A stretch of 64,000 nucleotides of DNA from Vicugna vicugna (GCA_013265495.1 MU058540.1:1513696-1577695); one strand, 5' to 3'. Positions 1-13,446 are shown, numbered from the stretch's first letter. Notes: generated by a model not told the origin, from the letters alone. Made by a program: numbers and translations.

Positions 1-1436
1 CCTGTCTTGGCTATGTAAATAGTGCTGCTATGAACACTGGGGTGCAGATGTCATCCTGAAGTAGGGTTCCTTCTGGATATAAGCCCAGGAGCGGAATTCC
101 TGGGTCATATGGTAAGTCTATTCCTACTCTTTTGAGAAATCTCCTTACTGTTTTCCATAGTGGCTGCACCAAACTGCATTCCCACCAGCAGTGTAGGAGG
201 GTTCCCCTTTCTCCACAGCCTCTCCAGCATTTGTCATTTGTGGATTTTTGAATGATGGCCATTCTGACTGGTGTGAGGTGATACCTCATTGTAGTTTTGA
301 TTTGCATTTCTCTGATAATTAGTGNNNNNNNNNNNNNNNNNNNNNNNNNNNNNNNNNNNNNNNNNNNNNNNNNNNNNNNNNNNNNNNNNNNNNNNNNNNN
401 NNNNNNNNNNNNNNNNNNNNNNNNNNNNNNNNNNNNNNNNNNNNNNNNNNNNNNNNNNNNNNNNNNNNNNNNNNNNNNNNNNNNNNNNNNNNNNNNNNNN
501 NNNNNNNNNNNNNNNNNNNNNNNNNNNNNNNNNNNNNNNNNNNNNNNNNNNNNNNNNNNNNNNNNNNNNNNNNNNNNNNNNNNNNNNNNNNNNNNNNNNN
601 NNNNNNNNNNNNNNNNNNNNNNNNNNNNNNNNNNNNNNNNNNNNNNNNNNNNNNNNNNNNNNNNNNNNNNNNNNNNNNNNNNNNNNNNNNNNNNNNNNNN
701 NNNNNNNNNNNNNNNNNNNNNNNNNNNNNNNNNNNNNNNNNNNNNNNNNNNNNNNNNNNNNNNNNNNNNNNNNNNNNNNNNNNNNNNNNNNNNNNNNNNN
801 NNNNNNNNNNNNNNNNNNNNNNNNNNNNNNNNNNNNNNNNNNNNNNNNNNNNNNNNNNNNNNNNNNNNNNNNNNNNNNNNNNNNNNNNNNNNNNNNNNNN
901 NNTGGTTTATAGTTTTCTGTGTATAATTCTTTCACCTCCTTGGTTAGATTTATTCCTAGGTATTTTATTATTTTGGGTGCTATTTTAAAGGGGATTGTTT
1001 CTTTACTTTCTTTTTCTGTTGAGTCATTGTTAGTGTAAAGAAATGCAACTGATTTTTGAACGTTGATCTTGTAACCTGCTACCTTGCTGAATTCTTCGAT
1101 CAGCTCTAGTAGTTTTTGTGTGGACTTTTTAGGGTTTTCTATATATAGTAACATGTGGTCAGCATATAGTGACACTTTCACCTCTTCTTTTCCAGTTTGG
1201 ATCCCTTTTATTTCTCTCTCTTGTCTGATTGCTGTGGCTAGGACTTCCAAGACTATGTTGAATAGGAGTGGTTATAGTGGGCATCCTTGTCTTGTCCTAG
1301 ATTTTAGTGGGAAGCTTTTGAGTTTTTCACCGTTGAGTACTATGCTGGCTGTAGGTTTGTCATATATAGCTTTTATTATGTTGAGAGATGTCCCCTGTAT
1401 GCCCACTTTGGTGAGAGTTTTTATCATAAATGGGTG
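1..1436 (-). mobile_element. Young 5'-truncated LINE-1, ORF2 RT to C-terminal fragment, spanning the assembly gap
   Basis: Minus-strand ORFs [57 protein letters not shown] (degenerate YADD) and [25 protein letters not shown]. Confidence 0.95.
325..902. other. Assembly gap (578 N)
   Basis: Run of N. Confidence 1.
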
Positions 1437-2300
1437 CATTTTCATCTTTTCATTAAAGGTTATTACAAGGTATTGAACATCATTCCCTGTGCTATACAAA
1501 AAAAACCTTTTTTAAAAATGTATTTTTTATATATAGTGGCTAACATTTGTAAATCTCAAACTCCCAAATTTATCTATTTCCACTGCCTTTCCCTGGTAAC
1601 CATAAGATTGTTTACTATGTCTGCGAGTCTGTTTCTGTTTTGTAGATGAGTTAGTTAGTGTTCTCTTCTCCTCCTCCTCCTCCATTCCACATATAAGTGG
1701 TATCATATAGTATTTTTTTCTCTTTCTGCCTAACTTCACTAAGAATGACAATCTCCATGCCCATCCCTATCACTGCAAATGGCATTATTTTGTTCTTTTT
1801 TATGGCTGAGTAGTATTCCAATGTATAAATATAAGACAACTTCATTTAGTCATCTGTTGATGGACATTTAGGTTGCTTCCATGTCTTGACTATTGTATAT
1901 AGTGCTGCTGTGAACATTGGGGTGCTTGTATCTTTTCAAATTAGAATTCCCTTTGGATATATACCCAGAAGTGGGATTGCTGGTAAGTCTGTTTTTAGTT
2001 TTTTGAAGAATCTTCATGCTGTTTTCCATAATGGCTGCGCCAAACTACATTCTCACCAGCAGTGTAGGAGGGTTCCCTTTTCTCCACACCCTCTCTAGCA
2101 TTTATCATTCATAGACTTTTGAGTGATGGCCATTCTGACTGTTGTGAGATGATACCTCATTATAGTTTTGTTTTGCATTTCTCTGATAATTAGTGATATT
2201 GAGCATTTTTTCATGTACCTATTGGCCATTTACGTGTCTTCATTGGAGAATTGCTTGTTTAGGTCTTCTGCCCATTTTTGGATTGGGTTTTGTTTTTTTT
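1437..2300 (-). mobile_element. Older LINE-1 3'UTR and ORF2 3' end, abutted or interrupted by the younger L1
   Basis: Minus ORF TLEYYSAIKKNKIMPFA..IVILSEV. The segment at 2030-2200 is a diverged copy of 160-324. Confidence 0.88.
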
Positions 2301-3254
2301 TTTTTTTACAGTAATTTATTTAAACTCTCTGTGCCTTAGTTTTCTTACTTCCAAAATGGGAATAATGATAGTACCTCCCCACCTCATAGGGTCTTTGTGA
2401 AGATCGCATATGTTTTGAACAGCACCTGGCACATGGGATGTGCTTTTTAAATGAGAGCTTTATAGCTGTTGTACAAGGTGAAGCTATAGGGCTGATAAAG
2501 TGTCTGCCAACAAGGTCATCCCTGGTGTGCTTCTGTGCTTCCTGTGTGGAAAATCACAATGAGGAAAAGAAGGCAGCGAAAGGTGTCTCTGGGTCAGATT
2601 CACAAAAAGCCATCACATTTATTAGCACATTGTCTCAAGGTCTCCTTAAAGATGGCTACTAAATCTGTTTCCTGAATTTTATAGTCCCATTAATAGTGTT
2701 CTGTTGCCTTCTGATTTGTTAAAGGAAAAATTTGACTGCAAGCATTTTTTTTTTTTACAGATCACCATGTAACTATAGCATATTAAATGTGAATTTAAGT
2801 TACTGGTAGCATTTTGAACTTCATATACTCCTAAAAAACTTGATCCTGAATGAGTGTCAGTTATGATTGCTGAACTATGTTTCTAGTTCTTTATGCAAGT
2901 AGTGGAAGTTAGTCCCTTGGGAAGTCTCCCCCAGGAGACTATTATTTCTAAGAGGAAGTTGAATATTGGCTCTGAACAGCTTTTTAGGATCATGGCTTGT
3001 CCTTGAGCCCAAACTCCTTAATGTGTCTTCGAGACTTTGCAGTCTGGCTTATTCCTCTTTCCTCATTGCTCATACTGTTAGCTTTGCACTGGAAGCTTCA
3101 GCATCACTTAATTTAACAAATATAAAGTGCCCTTTTGCAATTCCCTTCAACCTGGGCCCTGCGCTGACTTGTATCTGGACACAAGTGCTGCACGCCTCTG
3201 CGTCTGCAAACTTCCCAGGCTCTGACTTTTGACAGCTTCGGGCCTCATCTTAGA

Positions 3255-3500
3255 ACAGCTAGTAGGTGTGGTGGTTAAGTGCCTAGACTCTGGAATCAGG
3301 CTATATGGGTTCACATCCCAGCTCTTCCAGTTACTAGTGGTGTGTCTTTGGGGGATTTTCCTAACCTCTTTAATCTTTAAAATGGCATTAATAATAGTGG
3401 CTGTCTAGTAGTGTTGTTCTGGGAATTATAGGAGGTAATCCCCAAGTGCACTTAGCATATTCCTAGCACATAGTAGCTTTTCAGCAGGTGTTAGCTATGA
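3255..3500 (+). mobile_element. MIR SINE
   Basis: gtggtggttaagtgcctagactctggaatcaggc..ggttcacatcccagctct..aaaatggcattaataatagt..cttagcatattcctagcacatagtag; boundaries approximate. Confidence 0.75.
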
Positions 3501-5599
3501 TGATGATGATGATTATATGTTGCTTTCTGGGGGAAGCCTTCTGATCTACATGTGAGGGCCTTTTCTATGTGCTCCCAGAGCCTTCTGTAACCTCTGCTGT
3601 TCCATTTAGTTTGCTATATTGCAATTTCCCGTTTGCTTGTTTCTTTCCACTCCTAGACAATCAGCCCCTCAAAGTTACTAAAGTTCTCTTTCTTGGTCAC
3701 AGTTGTGTCCCCATTGCCTGGTGGACATTGTTTCCTCCTTCTACCTGCTCTAAGATGTTAGGGTAGGTGTTTCTTCCCCACCTCCCTCCTTTTTTTTTTT
3801 TTAAGAGTCTCTAAATTGCTGTCAGTTTTTTGATGAATGGGTCTACATGCCTGTTTTGTCATGTGCCACGAGGTTCAGATGATTCCCTTTTCCCTCACTA
3901 GGACAGTTTTTAAAGATGCACCATGATTTGGGGATGAAAAATGGCATTTGTTAATCCTGCTTGTGCCACACATTACGATAGGCTCTTAAGATACATTCTG
4001 ATTGAATTCACCCTCAGCTCCGAGCTAGGTGGGGAATAAGCAGATTTAAGAATTGTGTAACGTGCTCAGAGTCATTCAGCTTAGTAGATGTCAGAGTTGG
4101 TCTCTAAACCTGGGCCTCTCTAGTTTCATGGCACATACTATTTTTGTCTTGTGCTCATTGCCTTGCTGGGAACTTGTCGACTGTTTCCCTGCCCACAGCT
4201 ACCGTCCCAGGGCCTTATTGCCTCTTCTCTAGGGAACAGTACAATTAGACTTCAAAATGATCATTAAAGGGATTGATTCTTTCTGTTGGGAAGATGCTGA
4301 GTTGGATATGATCTTATATTGTGCAACTGTAATATTTTAATAGCACAAAACAATAAGACTGTCATGCAGGCAGATAAGGATTATGGACAAAAACAACAGG
4401 CTTGGGAACATTGGGGAGGAGGGAACAGAGAAACATCTATTTTTATAGCTTCATTTCTTAGTTTGTCCAAAAGTTAAAAATAGAACTAATCATGCCCTCT
4501 AGGCCACCTGGATCTCTAATTGGTACAAACAACTTAAACTAGTATGTCCAATGGATAGTCTGTGTAAAGACTGTGTCTATCAAAATATGCCATTCGTCAA
4601 AGAATAGGTATCACCTCTCTTCTGAATTTTAAACAATAAAACACAGATGGGTTTGGACTAAGGTTTATTGGAACTAGAGCTGGCCTTGAAAGTAGTAAGA
4701 TAAGCTAGTGAATCAGACTGATACAATGTCTGCTTTTTACTCTAAGAATCATTAAAGTACCAGCGTTTTGTAACATCATTACATTTTAATTTCCTATTTG
4801 CATATTTTAAAAAATCAACAGCCAGGGAATGGCGTGATCTCACATGATTAATTAGCACTCAGCAACTGAGCTGTTTACAGTGCAGTAGGCCTGGCCGACT
4901 TGCATGACCGTGAAGGAGTCTCCTCCTCTTCTGGTTTGTCATTAGTACCTCACCCAAGCTGAGGACTCAGGAGTAGCTGCTGATGAAAGCCTCAGCCTCA
5001 AAAATATTGAAGGCTCCCACTAGCTCTGAAATTCTGTAAGAACTCTGAAGAAACAGGAGAAAGGAGAGAGTCTCTTTGTTGCTGATTTTAAGTCCTTCAA
5101 AAATGTTAACATCTTTAAAAAATTTTGTTACTAAAATTTTTTTCTAAGGTACCTGTGTAATGACTTACATTCTCGAAAAGCCTAAGTATAACTTGAAGCT
5201 TTCTGACCAGAAGATGGTATAGGTACTGATGTCCTTTTTAAAATGACTAATGTTTGGAGTTCACAACCTGAGCTATAAAATCTAGAGGTTCTTTTTGGAA
5301 GTGGGTCCATCTAGTCAAATATGTATACTCAGTGTTGTTAGCAGCTGTTGGCTAATAAAAGAATCAGGGACTTTCTTTGGTAAACAAATGTTAGGGGCAT
5401 TAGAGGTTTTGGGGGAGACTGAATAAATTGATACCCTCCTCTGGGTTGTTATATGCAGATAATGCAAAGCATTCTTCCTTACTCTGTTTCCTATGTGGAT
5501 TCTTCCCCCTTGTCCGTAATGGGACATCCTAATTGACATTCTTTTTTAGACCACGACTGAACATAAAAGTAAGTAGAGGGCAAAATCAGCTAAAATTTC

Positions 5600-5800
5600 C
5601 TGTGCACTTACTATGTTCTAAGCACTGTGCTGATGCTTTACATTGAATCCTCACAAAGCCATATGAATAGGTAATGTTATTCCCATTTTACAGATGACAA
5701 AACTGAGACACAAAGAGACTAACATGACCAAAGTCAGAGAACTAGTGGCTGAGTCAAGATTTGATGTGATTCCAGAGCCCACATTCCTAAACAGCCACAT
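5600..5800 (-). mobile_element. MIR SINE
   Basis: cccattttacagatgacaaaactgagacaca MIR core, antisense. Confidence 0.75.
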
Positions 5801-7014
5801 TGTACCTGTCAGGGCTAGAAATGTCATGAGAAATTTAGACATTTTGTAAACCTACCAATTCAAGCTATTGTTTTCACCCATTATTTTGGTCACTAAGATC
5901 GCCTTCCTACCTTGATCAGTTTCTGGCTTTGTGTTTCAAGAAATTTGCAAAGATCAAATCTGTCCTGACAGGGTTTCCTTCACATACGTACAAAACTCTG
6001 CTTAGATTCCCTCACAGTCAGCCCTGGTAACCCTGGGGTTCATCCTAATGGGAGATGGCAAGCAAGGTGCAACTGTCATGGTGACTATATTGCCTGAGGG
6101 CAAGCATGTGCAGAGAAAGAGCGTACAGAGTACTGAACCCCCAGTGTTTCCACACCCAGTACCAAGGGAAGAAGCCGGTAAGAGCTGAAGGGTAGTCTAG
6201 GAAGGTCGTGATAAAGTGATCCAGGAAGAGAGAGTTTAAGGGAAGGTTTGATCAGTTGTCGAGTGCTTCAGAGCATGGAAAATGAAGACAGGAGTGATGT
6301 TTGAGGATCATGTGAGTTGCTGTTCTATTTAAAGTGGTAAAAAGCTGATGGTTCCCTTGAGGGGCCGTGCAGTGAATGGGTAGGGAGTCTACTATGAGGC
6401 CACTGGGTGTAGATCACGGACTTCCAAAGTTTGGTAAGGACAGGAAGAATTGAAATAGGATGGCTTCTGGGGCACTGGGACGCACTGAATCCTTTTCCCT
6501 CTATTGGGTTCTCTGTTCTGACCATATTTGAAGGTGGTGGAAGAACGTCTTAGAAAAGGAGCAGCTGAAGGTGCTGGGATAATATATGTTAACAGCGCAT
6601 GTAGAATGCTTACTGTCTGCCGGGCACTGGGGGAGCACATTCCCTGTTATATCTGGGAGGTAGGGAGTCAAAGCCCCTTTTTACAGATAAGGAAACAGAG
6701 GTTTAGAGTTAAAGCCACTTGTCCAAGCTTAGAATGCTACTCAGGTGAGTAGCTTTAAACTGAGTCTGTCAAGATCATAAATATAATGGAATGAGCAGAT
6801 GATAGGGGAGATAGTCTGAGAAGAGAGGTGCCTTTCTTCCACTGGGACCCTGCATTCAGATGGAGAGAGCAAGAGGGATCTCCTCTTTGATCTTATTTGA
6901 GTGCCCATGTTGTATTTAGTGTTGGGCTCCATCCTGCTCCTCACAGCTCCATCCTCAAAGAACCTGCAAGCTATTTGAAAGATGTCTACTTTTCCTTTTT
7001 CGTATTTTTGTTGT

Positions 7015-7195
7015 TTTTTTAAATTTATTTTTTAATTTTTATACAATTAAAAAAGGCTACACTCCATTTACAGTTACAAAATATTGCCTGTATTCCCTGT
7101 GTCGTAGAACATCCCAGTAGCCAGTCTTACACCCGATAGTTTGTACCTTCTCCCCCTCCCCTCCCCGCCATAACCACTGTCTGTTCTCTCTGTAG
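7015..7195 (-). mobile_element. Short LINE-1 3' end fragment
   Basis: T-rich tail followed by atattgcctgtattccctgtgtcgta..taaccactgtctgttctctctgt, typical of L1 3'UTRs. Confidence 0.65.
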
Positions 7196-7560
7196 CAGGA
7201 CTTCAGACATCCAGAGGAGTTCTGGGGCACCAAATGCCCTGGGAGAGTGCTGGTTCTGCCCTTTAGCCTCCCAGGATTGATTTGTACTTAGCATTGAATG
7301 GAGGGTTTTTTGGTGTGTATATTTTTCTTTTCTCCTGTGTTTATGGATGTTAATATGAACCATTTGACTGAGTCTGTGAAGGCTGATAGAAGCCGGTCAG
7401 GGTTTGGTTTTTAGATACACTTCCCTCTAGCTTTTCTTTCAACGAGCTTCAGGTTTCTTGTTATTATTTATGGGTCCCAGAGACCTGTGCCCTTGGGACT
7501 CACTGTTGTCTTCATAAAATTGATGAAGATTTGTATACATTTTCTACTCCAAGAAGCTTC

Positions 7561-7588
7561 TACAGTGGTGAGCATAGTTGCCTTCCAA
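7561..7588 (+). pseudogene. Tailless retropseudogene: fragment of tRNA-Gly(TCC) 5' half, flanked by TSDs
   Basis: tacagtggtgagcatagttgccttccaa matches recalled tRNA-Gly-TCC TATAGTGGTGAGCATAGCTGCCTTCCAA at 26/28. Direct repeats aagcttctaca at 7554-7564 and 7591-7601. Confidence 0.85.
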
Positions 7589-8678
7589 AAAAGCTTCTAC
7601 AAGTGCAGTTTCCTGTTTTTCTCAGCTTTTAACCCTTTCTAAAGGAGACATTCTTTGGGGGTAATTTGTTAAGTTTCATGTTCCTCCGCAACAGTGCTAT
7701 TTCTGTATGTGGTTTGGCAAACATTGGCACAAGGACTTTTGGATTTCCAGACGGGTGGTTCCTGCCATTTCAAGAAAATCTGTCTGAAATTATCAAAGAT
7801 GTGGAGGGGGAGGCAAAGTAATGAGAGAGACACAGGCATACGAATCTGTTAGTACATTTATAATATCATCTGATCTTAGAAGTCTTAATTGCCTCAGTAT
7901 CATCTTTATTTTTGCTACCTAATTATATACATATTTTGCCTCTTTGTTGAAGATTAATTTTTTGAAAATTGGCAACACAGCAGTTACAATTATGTTTATT
8001 TCTCTTGAACTTGCAGGTGTTTCAGTATTTATTTCTTACATTTATTCACAAGGAGATTTAATTCTTAGTACCTTTCTGGTCTGTATTAATTATTGTTTCA
8101 TATTATCCTTCTCTTTTTCTCAGAAGCCTAAACTATCTTAGCGGACTCTTGATTTCTTTCCTGTCTTCTGCAAATGATGTTTTTTTAAATAAAGCCCATT
8201 TGTTTGGGGCCTTTCACAAACCATCTTTTAGTATATTTTTCTCTGCTCATAGAATGGCTTTCCTGAAGTCGTATGTAACAAATGACATCAATGGTGTCAG
8301 GAAAGGACATCTAGTTCGCTTCACCCTGTCTATGACCAGATAATGAGCATGTAATTGGGCCTTGGGGCAAAGACCTTCCCATACTTTGTGTGACAGGTGG
8401 GAGCTGGTGGGCCGAGAATGACTGAGTAGGAACCTGTGAGCCTTTCTAGAGAAATAGCTGAGAAACCATGAAGGAGGCTTAAGTAAAAGGCATGGAGGAA
8501 GAACCCTCTTGCCAAGAGTTGGAGAATCTTATTTGGGGTGATTTTGTCAATAGAGTTCTGAGGAGCAGTGTCTGGGATTTGGGAAACTAGAGGAAAAGTA
8601 ATTGCAGCTTGAAACTGGTTAGATGGCAGGGCTCTTTAGGATTCAGACCAAACTGAGCTCTCTATATTTTCTTTAGAG

Positions 8679-8869
8679 CAGTGATTATCAACCAGGGGTG
8701 ATCCTTCCTGCCCCTTGACATTGGTGATGTCTGTTGTCACAACTTGGGGGGCAGGGAGTGGTGCTACTGGCATCAGACAAGGGATGCTATAAACATCATA
8801 CAATGCACAAGGCAGGCTCCTATGACCAATAATTGGTCCAAAATGTAGTGCTAAAGTTGAGAAACCCTG
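8679..8869 (+). mobile_element. MER20-like hAT-Charlie MITE with perfect 8-bp TSD
   Basis: Ends cagtgattatcaacc...gttgagaaaccctg; TSD ctttagag at 8671-8678 and 8870-8877. Confidence 0.85.
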
Positions 8870-8968
8870 CTTTAGAGAGAGTCTTGTGGTATTTTCATCA
8901 GGAGTAGATTAGAATTAGGAAGTAAAACTAAAGGAGGCTGTAAAAGGGCTCAGATCTTATTATATATA

Positions 8969-9252
8969 CAGTCTCTGTATTTGCAGTTTCCACATCTGTG
9001 TATTCAACTGACTGCAGATTGAAAATATTTGGAAAAAGAAATTCTAGAGTGTTCCAAAAAGCAAAACTTGAATTCGTTACACTCCGGCAACTATTTACAT
9101 AACATTTATATTGTGTTAGACAGTATATGTAATCTAGAGATGATTTAAAGTATACAGGAGAATGTGATAGGTCCCATTTTATATATGGGACTTGAACATC
9201 CATGGATTTTGGTGTCTGAGGAGTCCTGAAGCCAGTCCCCAGTGGCTACTGA
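8969..9252 (-). mobile_element. MER2/MER2B-like TcMar-Tigger MITE
   Basis: ttccaaaaagcaaaacttgaatt, taatctagagatgatttaaagtataca; reverse-complement paralogue of 50713-51100. Confidence 0.8.
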
Positions 9253-9544
9253 GTGACAGCAGTATTAATGTGCCCTAGGTTAACATGAAGAAACACTTTG
9301 ACTAAGGTTGTATTTGTGTGGTATATAGAGTATGGTGAATAAACTCTCTTGTGTGATTTATGTCTTCTGATGATCACATGTTGAAGTAAAGAAGCTTTGA
9401 CATTCCAAGTCACTGGTGGGCAGAGGACACAGATGAGGGGCAAATTCCTATTCTCTGGGTGGTGGCAGTGTTGGAAACTTACCTGTGATACTTGGGAACT
9501 TCTCTGAGGGTTACCCGTGGCCTCCCTTGATCATCTGTGCCTTT

Positions 9545-9663
9545 TTTGGGGGGGGTAATTAGGTTTATTTATTTATTTTTTTAGAAGGAGGTACTGGGGA
9601 TTGAACCCAGGACCTCATACATGCTAAGCTTGTGCTCTACCACTTGAGCTATACCCTCCTCCC
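9545..9663 (-). mobile_element. Camelid tRNA-derived SINE (Vic-1 type)
   Basis: Reverse complement gagggtatagctcaagtggtagagc (A box)..gggttcaatccc (B box)..aaataaataaacctaattacccccc. TSD tcatctgtgccttt / tcatccatgccttt. Confidence 0.88.
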
Positions 9664-10354
9664 TCATCCATGCCTTTGATTGGATGTGTTTAAGGAAGAA
9701 AGACAGTCTTTCAGAATCTCTAAAAGTATAGTATTCCCAGCCTCTCAGAGCCATTCCTCTTAGGGCTAATGATATTGGAGATGAATTATCTCTGTCCCTG
9801 GACTTGTTGAATGGGAGTGGTGTATAGGGTTGATGAGGCCGAAGACCCTTTCTCTAAGGAGACATCATTATTTTATTCATGGAGTTTCCGAAATGTAACC
9901 TTTTGAATTGTTTTCTGACCTCTTCTAATTTGTGTCACCTAGCTTATTTGAATTCCTTACAACAGGTATTTCTCACTGTAGAATCACAGACCCCAAATAT
10001 GGAGATTTTGAGGTACAAAGTGTGCAAGCCAAAACAGGCGAAGTGTGTCTTGTCTCAGAACTCGAGGTAGATTTTGTAATGGAAGACGCACATTAGTCTT
10101 AATGTTTTAGTTTAAAGGGTGTGTGGCTCACTCACAGCCTCCTTACCCTGGTGCCCCAAGGCCTCCTCTTTCAGGTACTGCTAGGCACCAGAACCAGTCT
10201 CCGACTAGGGGCTTGGCCTTGTTTCCTCTCCTCAGTTATGGGGGTTATTAGCTAGTGTGCATCTTTGAGGTTGGGCTGTAGGAAATTTAGGCATGGCTCC
10301 GTGCTCTTGAGTGACTTGTCATCACAGTGCAATGTGAAGCAGTCTGTAATTATT

Positions 10355-11200
10355 CTGTCGTGGTTATGAGTGTTATGAATGTGGGAGCTGACTCCAGGTT
10401 GAATCCTGGCTCCAGGACTTCCTGCTGTGAGCCCAGGGCCAGTTAGCCTCTTTGTGACTCAGTTTGTCCATTTGTAAAAGGTGAATAATTCTATCAGGTT
10501 GTTGTCAGGATTGAATGAATGTAGAACATTTGGATGGTGCCTAGCACATATGAAGCTTTCAAATGTTGTTGTTACATAAAATGATGTGGTGCAGAGTGTA
10601 AGTGCTGGTGGAATTCTGAGAAGGAAAAGGTAAATTGAAGGAGGCGTGATTGGGAGAGGCTTCCTTACCGGGATTTGAAATGCACTGAAGGTTTGAGTCA
10701 GGCAAAGAGAAATGTGCATAATGGTGCAGAAGTAGGAAGGGACTTAATGTGTTCTAGAAGCTGTAAGTAAACTGATTGGGGTAATGGGAAATTAGATTGC
10801 ATACATCATTTTGGGCATGAGAAACAGGAGAGATCAATATGTCTTAACATAGATCTAAAGGTTAGTTTTTGTAGAGGGGCCCCTGGGGCCATTTAGACCA
10901 CCAGGGAATGACATAGCTGTGGCATGACACAGAAACTGGAAATTCGAGCAGATGAGTCAACTGGGGACTTACAATGTGGTGGCATGAGGAGACTGACAGG
11001 AGTTGGAAGGCCCACCAGGAAGCTGTCCTGACAGTTTACCTCATTCGAGTCGGGACCCAGTGATGGCCGTGGGACCAGAGGAAGGGGCAGGTGTAGGTAG
11101 TGTTTGAAGTAGTGCTGTGACCACAGGATTTGATGACTGATGGAGACACAGGGGGGACAAATGCATGGTGACCTGAGCAAAAAGTAGTCAGAGGAGAGTG
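10355..11200. mobile_element. MIR (about 10355-10570) followed by degenerate L2 fragments
   Basis: MIR core tgactcagtttgtccatttgtaaaag; purine-rich L2-like stretch ggcttccttaccgggatttgaa..caggatttgatgactgatgg. Boundaries approximate. Confidence 0.55.
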
Positions 11201-11984
11201 GAGAGGAGGAGCAGGTTAGGGGAAGTTTTCGTGATGAGCAAGAAAGTAATTACCCCTTGCAGCCAAGAGGAGCCCCACGAGCACCCCCTTTCCCCAACTG
11301 GGAGATGGCTTCCCTTGGGCTGCAGTTTGATTGCAGCAGCAGGAGACAAGGCTGGCATTTCCCCCATTCGTTCATAGCACATCCAGCTCCCCAGGGCCCA
11401 GGCGTGGCCCTTCTTGGTGGCTCCTGTCCAACTGTATTGCCAGTTCCCCAGACCCGCTTAAGCCACAGGCTTCCCAGAGTATTGGGTGGTATTTGGGATT
11501 CAGTGCCGTTTTCCACAAGAGAACGTCTGAATTTTGAAGGAGGCTAGGGGTATTGTCTTCCCTTTCCTTCACACAACACATACTTCTGCTATTTCAAATC
11601 TCTGTAAAGCTCTCAGCTATCCTTGTCAGGCACTGACGGGAATGTGATTGCTTTTGAGATTGCAAAGGAAGAAACACAGTGGAGGAAGAGAGTAGCTTTT
11701 TAGAGCCCCAAGCATCCGAGGATCATCTGAAAGGTCTCAGATTTTCATGCTTGGAATCACCCTGTCAGGAGCATTCAGTCACTGGGAAGCTGCCATGTTA
11801 TGATAAGGAAGAGCCCTGGCTTCCCCTAGGCCAGGGTTTTAGCTCCAAAGCCCACATTAAAGCATTATAGCAGCAGAGTGGATTGGGCTCAGGGCCTTAT
11901 CCATGCTTGCTTTGTTTCAGTTATTCTTTTTTGAGCAGTCTTCTCTTTTCTTTTTTGCTCTCCTGCCACCCTCTTACCCCCTCC

Positions 11985-12620
11985 CCACTGCTTTATGTCA
12001 GACACTGTTCTAGTGCTTTCCAAGTACTGGCTCATTTAATCTTCACAGTAACCTATGAGGAGGTACTTTTTTTACAGGTGAGGAAACTGAGGCACAGCAA
12101 GGTTAAGCAACTTGCCCAGAGTTGCGCATCTAGTACTGTGACTGGGATTTGAATCCTTCAGGCTGGCTCTGGGCCCCCTGCTCTTAATCACCTTGTGTCA
12201 TGGTCTTCCTTTGCTTAGCTGGAGCCACCATTTTGAAGATGGCATTTTCCAGTCCCTCTTTTCAGTTCTACTCAAGAATTGTTTTAGGAATGTCACAGGA
12301 TAAAGGAAGAGGGAATAGATGCTTTTTTGAGTCCTGTAGAGCTAGTCTGAATACCCGCTGTACCCCTTTCTTAGCTGTGTAACCTTGGGCAAGTCACTTA
12401 ACCTCTTTGTTCCTCAGTGTCTAAATGTGTGTGTGAAGATAAGGCTCATTATGAAGAAGTGAGACAGGTTTTGTCAAGTGCCTAGAATTTAGTAGCTGTG
12501 GGGTTTTGGGCTAGTTATTAAACCTCCTCTGTAAAATGAAGATAATAATTCCTATCTCTGTAAAGGCTTCGCAGTAAAGCGCTTAAAATAATGCATGGAA
12601 TGCAGTAAACACTCAGTACT
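11985..12620. mobile_element. Cluster of MIR SINEs in opposite orientations
   Basis: ttttacaggtgaggaaactgaggcacag (about 12070, antisense) and ctgtgtaaccttgggcaagtcacttaacctct (about 12375, sense). Confidence 0.75.
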
Positions 12621-13309
12621 ATTAGTGCTAGCAGGCTTTCAATATACATATTTTTTATGCTTCAGTACATTTGTCAACACCTGTTTTTAGCCAGTACTTT
12701 TTTCTCTTGTGGTGGTGGTCTCATTTAGGCCTCTTCGGTTAGATTTCATGTACTTTTGACTCTCATAAGCAAAAGAACCTTGTATGGTGGGGACTTGATA
12801 ATATTATAATAGATGAATTAAATGTATTCTACCCATGTTTGATTTTCTTGTGTAGCAGCTATCTGTCTGGAAAAAGGTCCTTTTTTCCTCGGGTATGTGT
12901 ACGTATGTGTGTGTACAGGTGAGAGGCTTCTTTACCATGCAGGTATCTCTTCTGGTGGTAGTTCTGTTTTTCATCATTGTCACTGGAGATTCAGCCATCT
13001 GCTGCTTTGTTTAAAACTTTTTGTCTTGTTTATCTTTTTGAAATCTCTTTTTACTGTAAAGATCATAGTGGTTAACCATTACTTTTAGTTCTGAGACCCA
13101 ACTCCCTAGAACTGGTTTCTCTTTTATCCTGTTATTTTCTCTGTAGCTCTGGTTTAATCTCCATGTCCCTGCTATATGACCTCTTGAAATTCATGAATGA
13201 GAGTTTCTTTTTAGTATCTTTCGTTGATAGTCCTCTCCTCCTCTCTCCTTCCCCACATTGGATTCCAGAAGAGTAATTTTAACTGAATTAACCTAACTAA
13301 TAGGTTTTG

Positions 13310-13446
13310 CTTGTATTGTTTGTTTTCTGAGAGGGAGGTAATTAGGTTCTTCATTGATTTCCACCTGGAGGAGGTACTGGGGATTGAACCCGGGACCTCT
13401 TGTGTGCTGAGCATGCACTCTACCACTTGAGCTGTACCCTTCCCCT
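13310..13446 (-). mobile_element. Camelid tRNA-derived SINE (Vic-1 type) with perfect 17-bp TSD
   Basis: A and B boxes on the minus strand; TSD ctaactaataggttttg at 13293-13309 and 13447-13463. Confidence 0.9.

Noticed and set aside
234..1250. Long ORFs of 196-338 aa across the start of the window
   Set aside because: Artefacts of reading through N; the real parts are decayed L1 ORF2.
9590..9663. tRNA-like sequences here, at 13370-13446 and at 40295-40370 as tRNA genes
   Set aside because: They carry SINE tails, two have clear TSDs, and all have degenerate stems, so they are SINEs.
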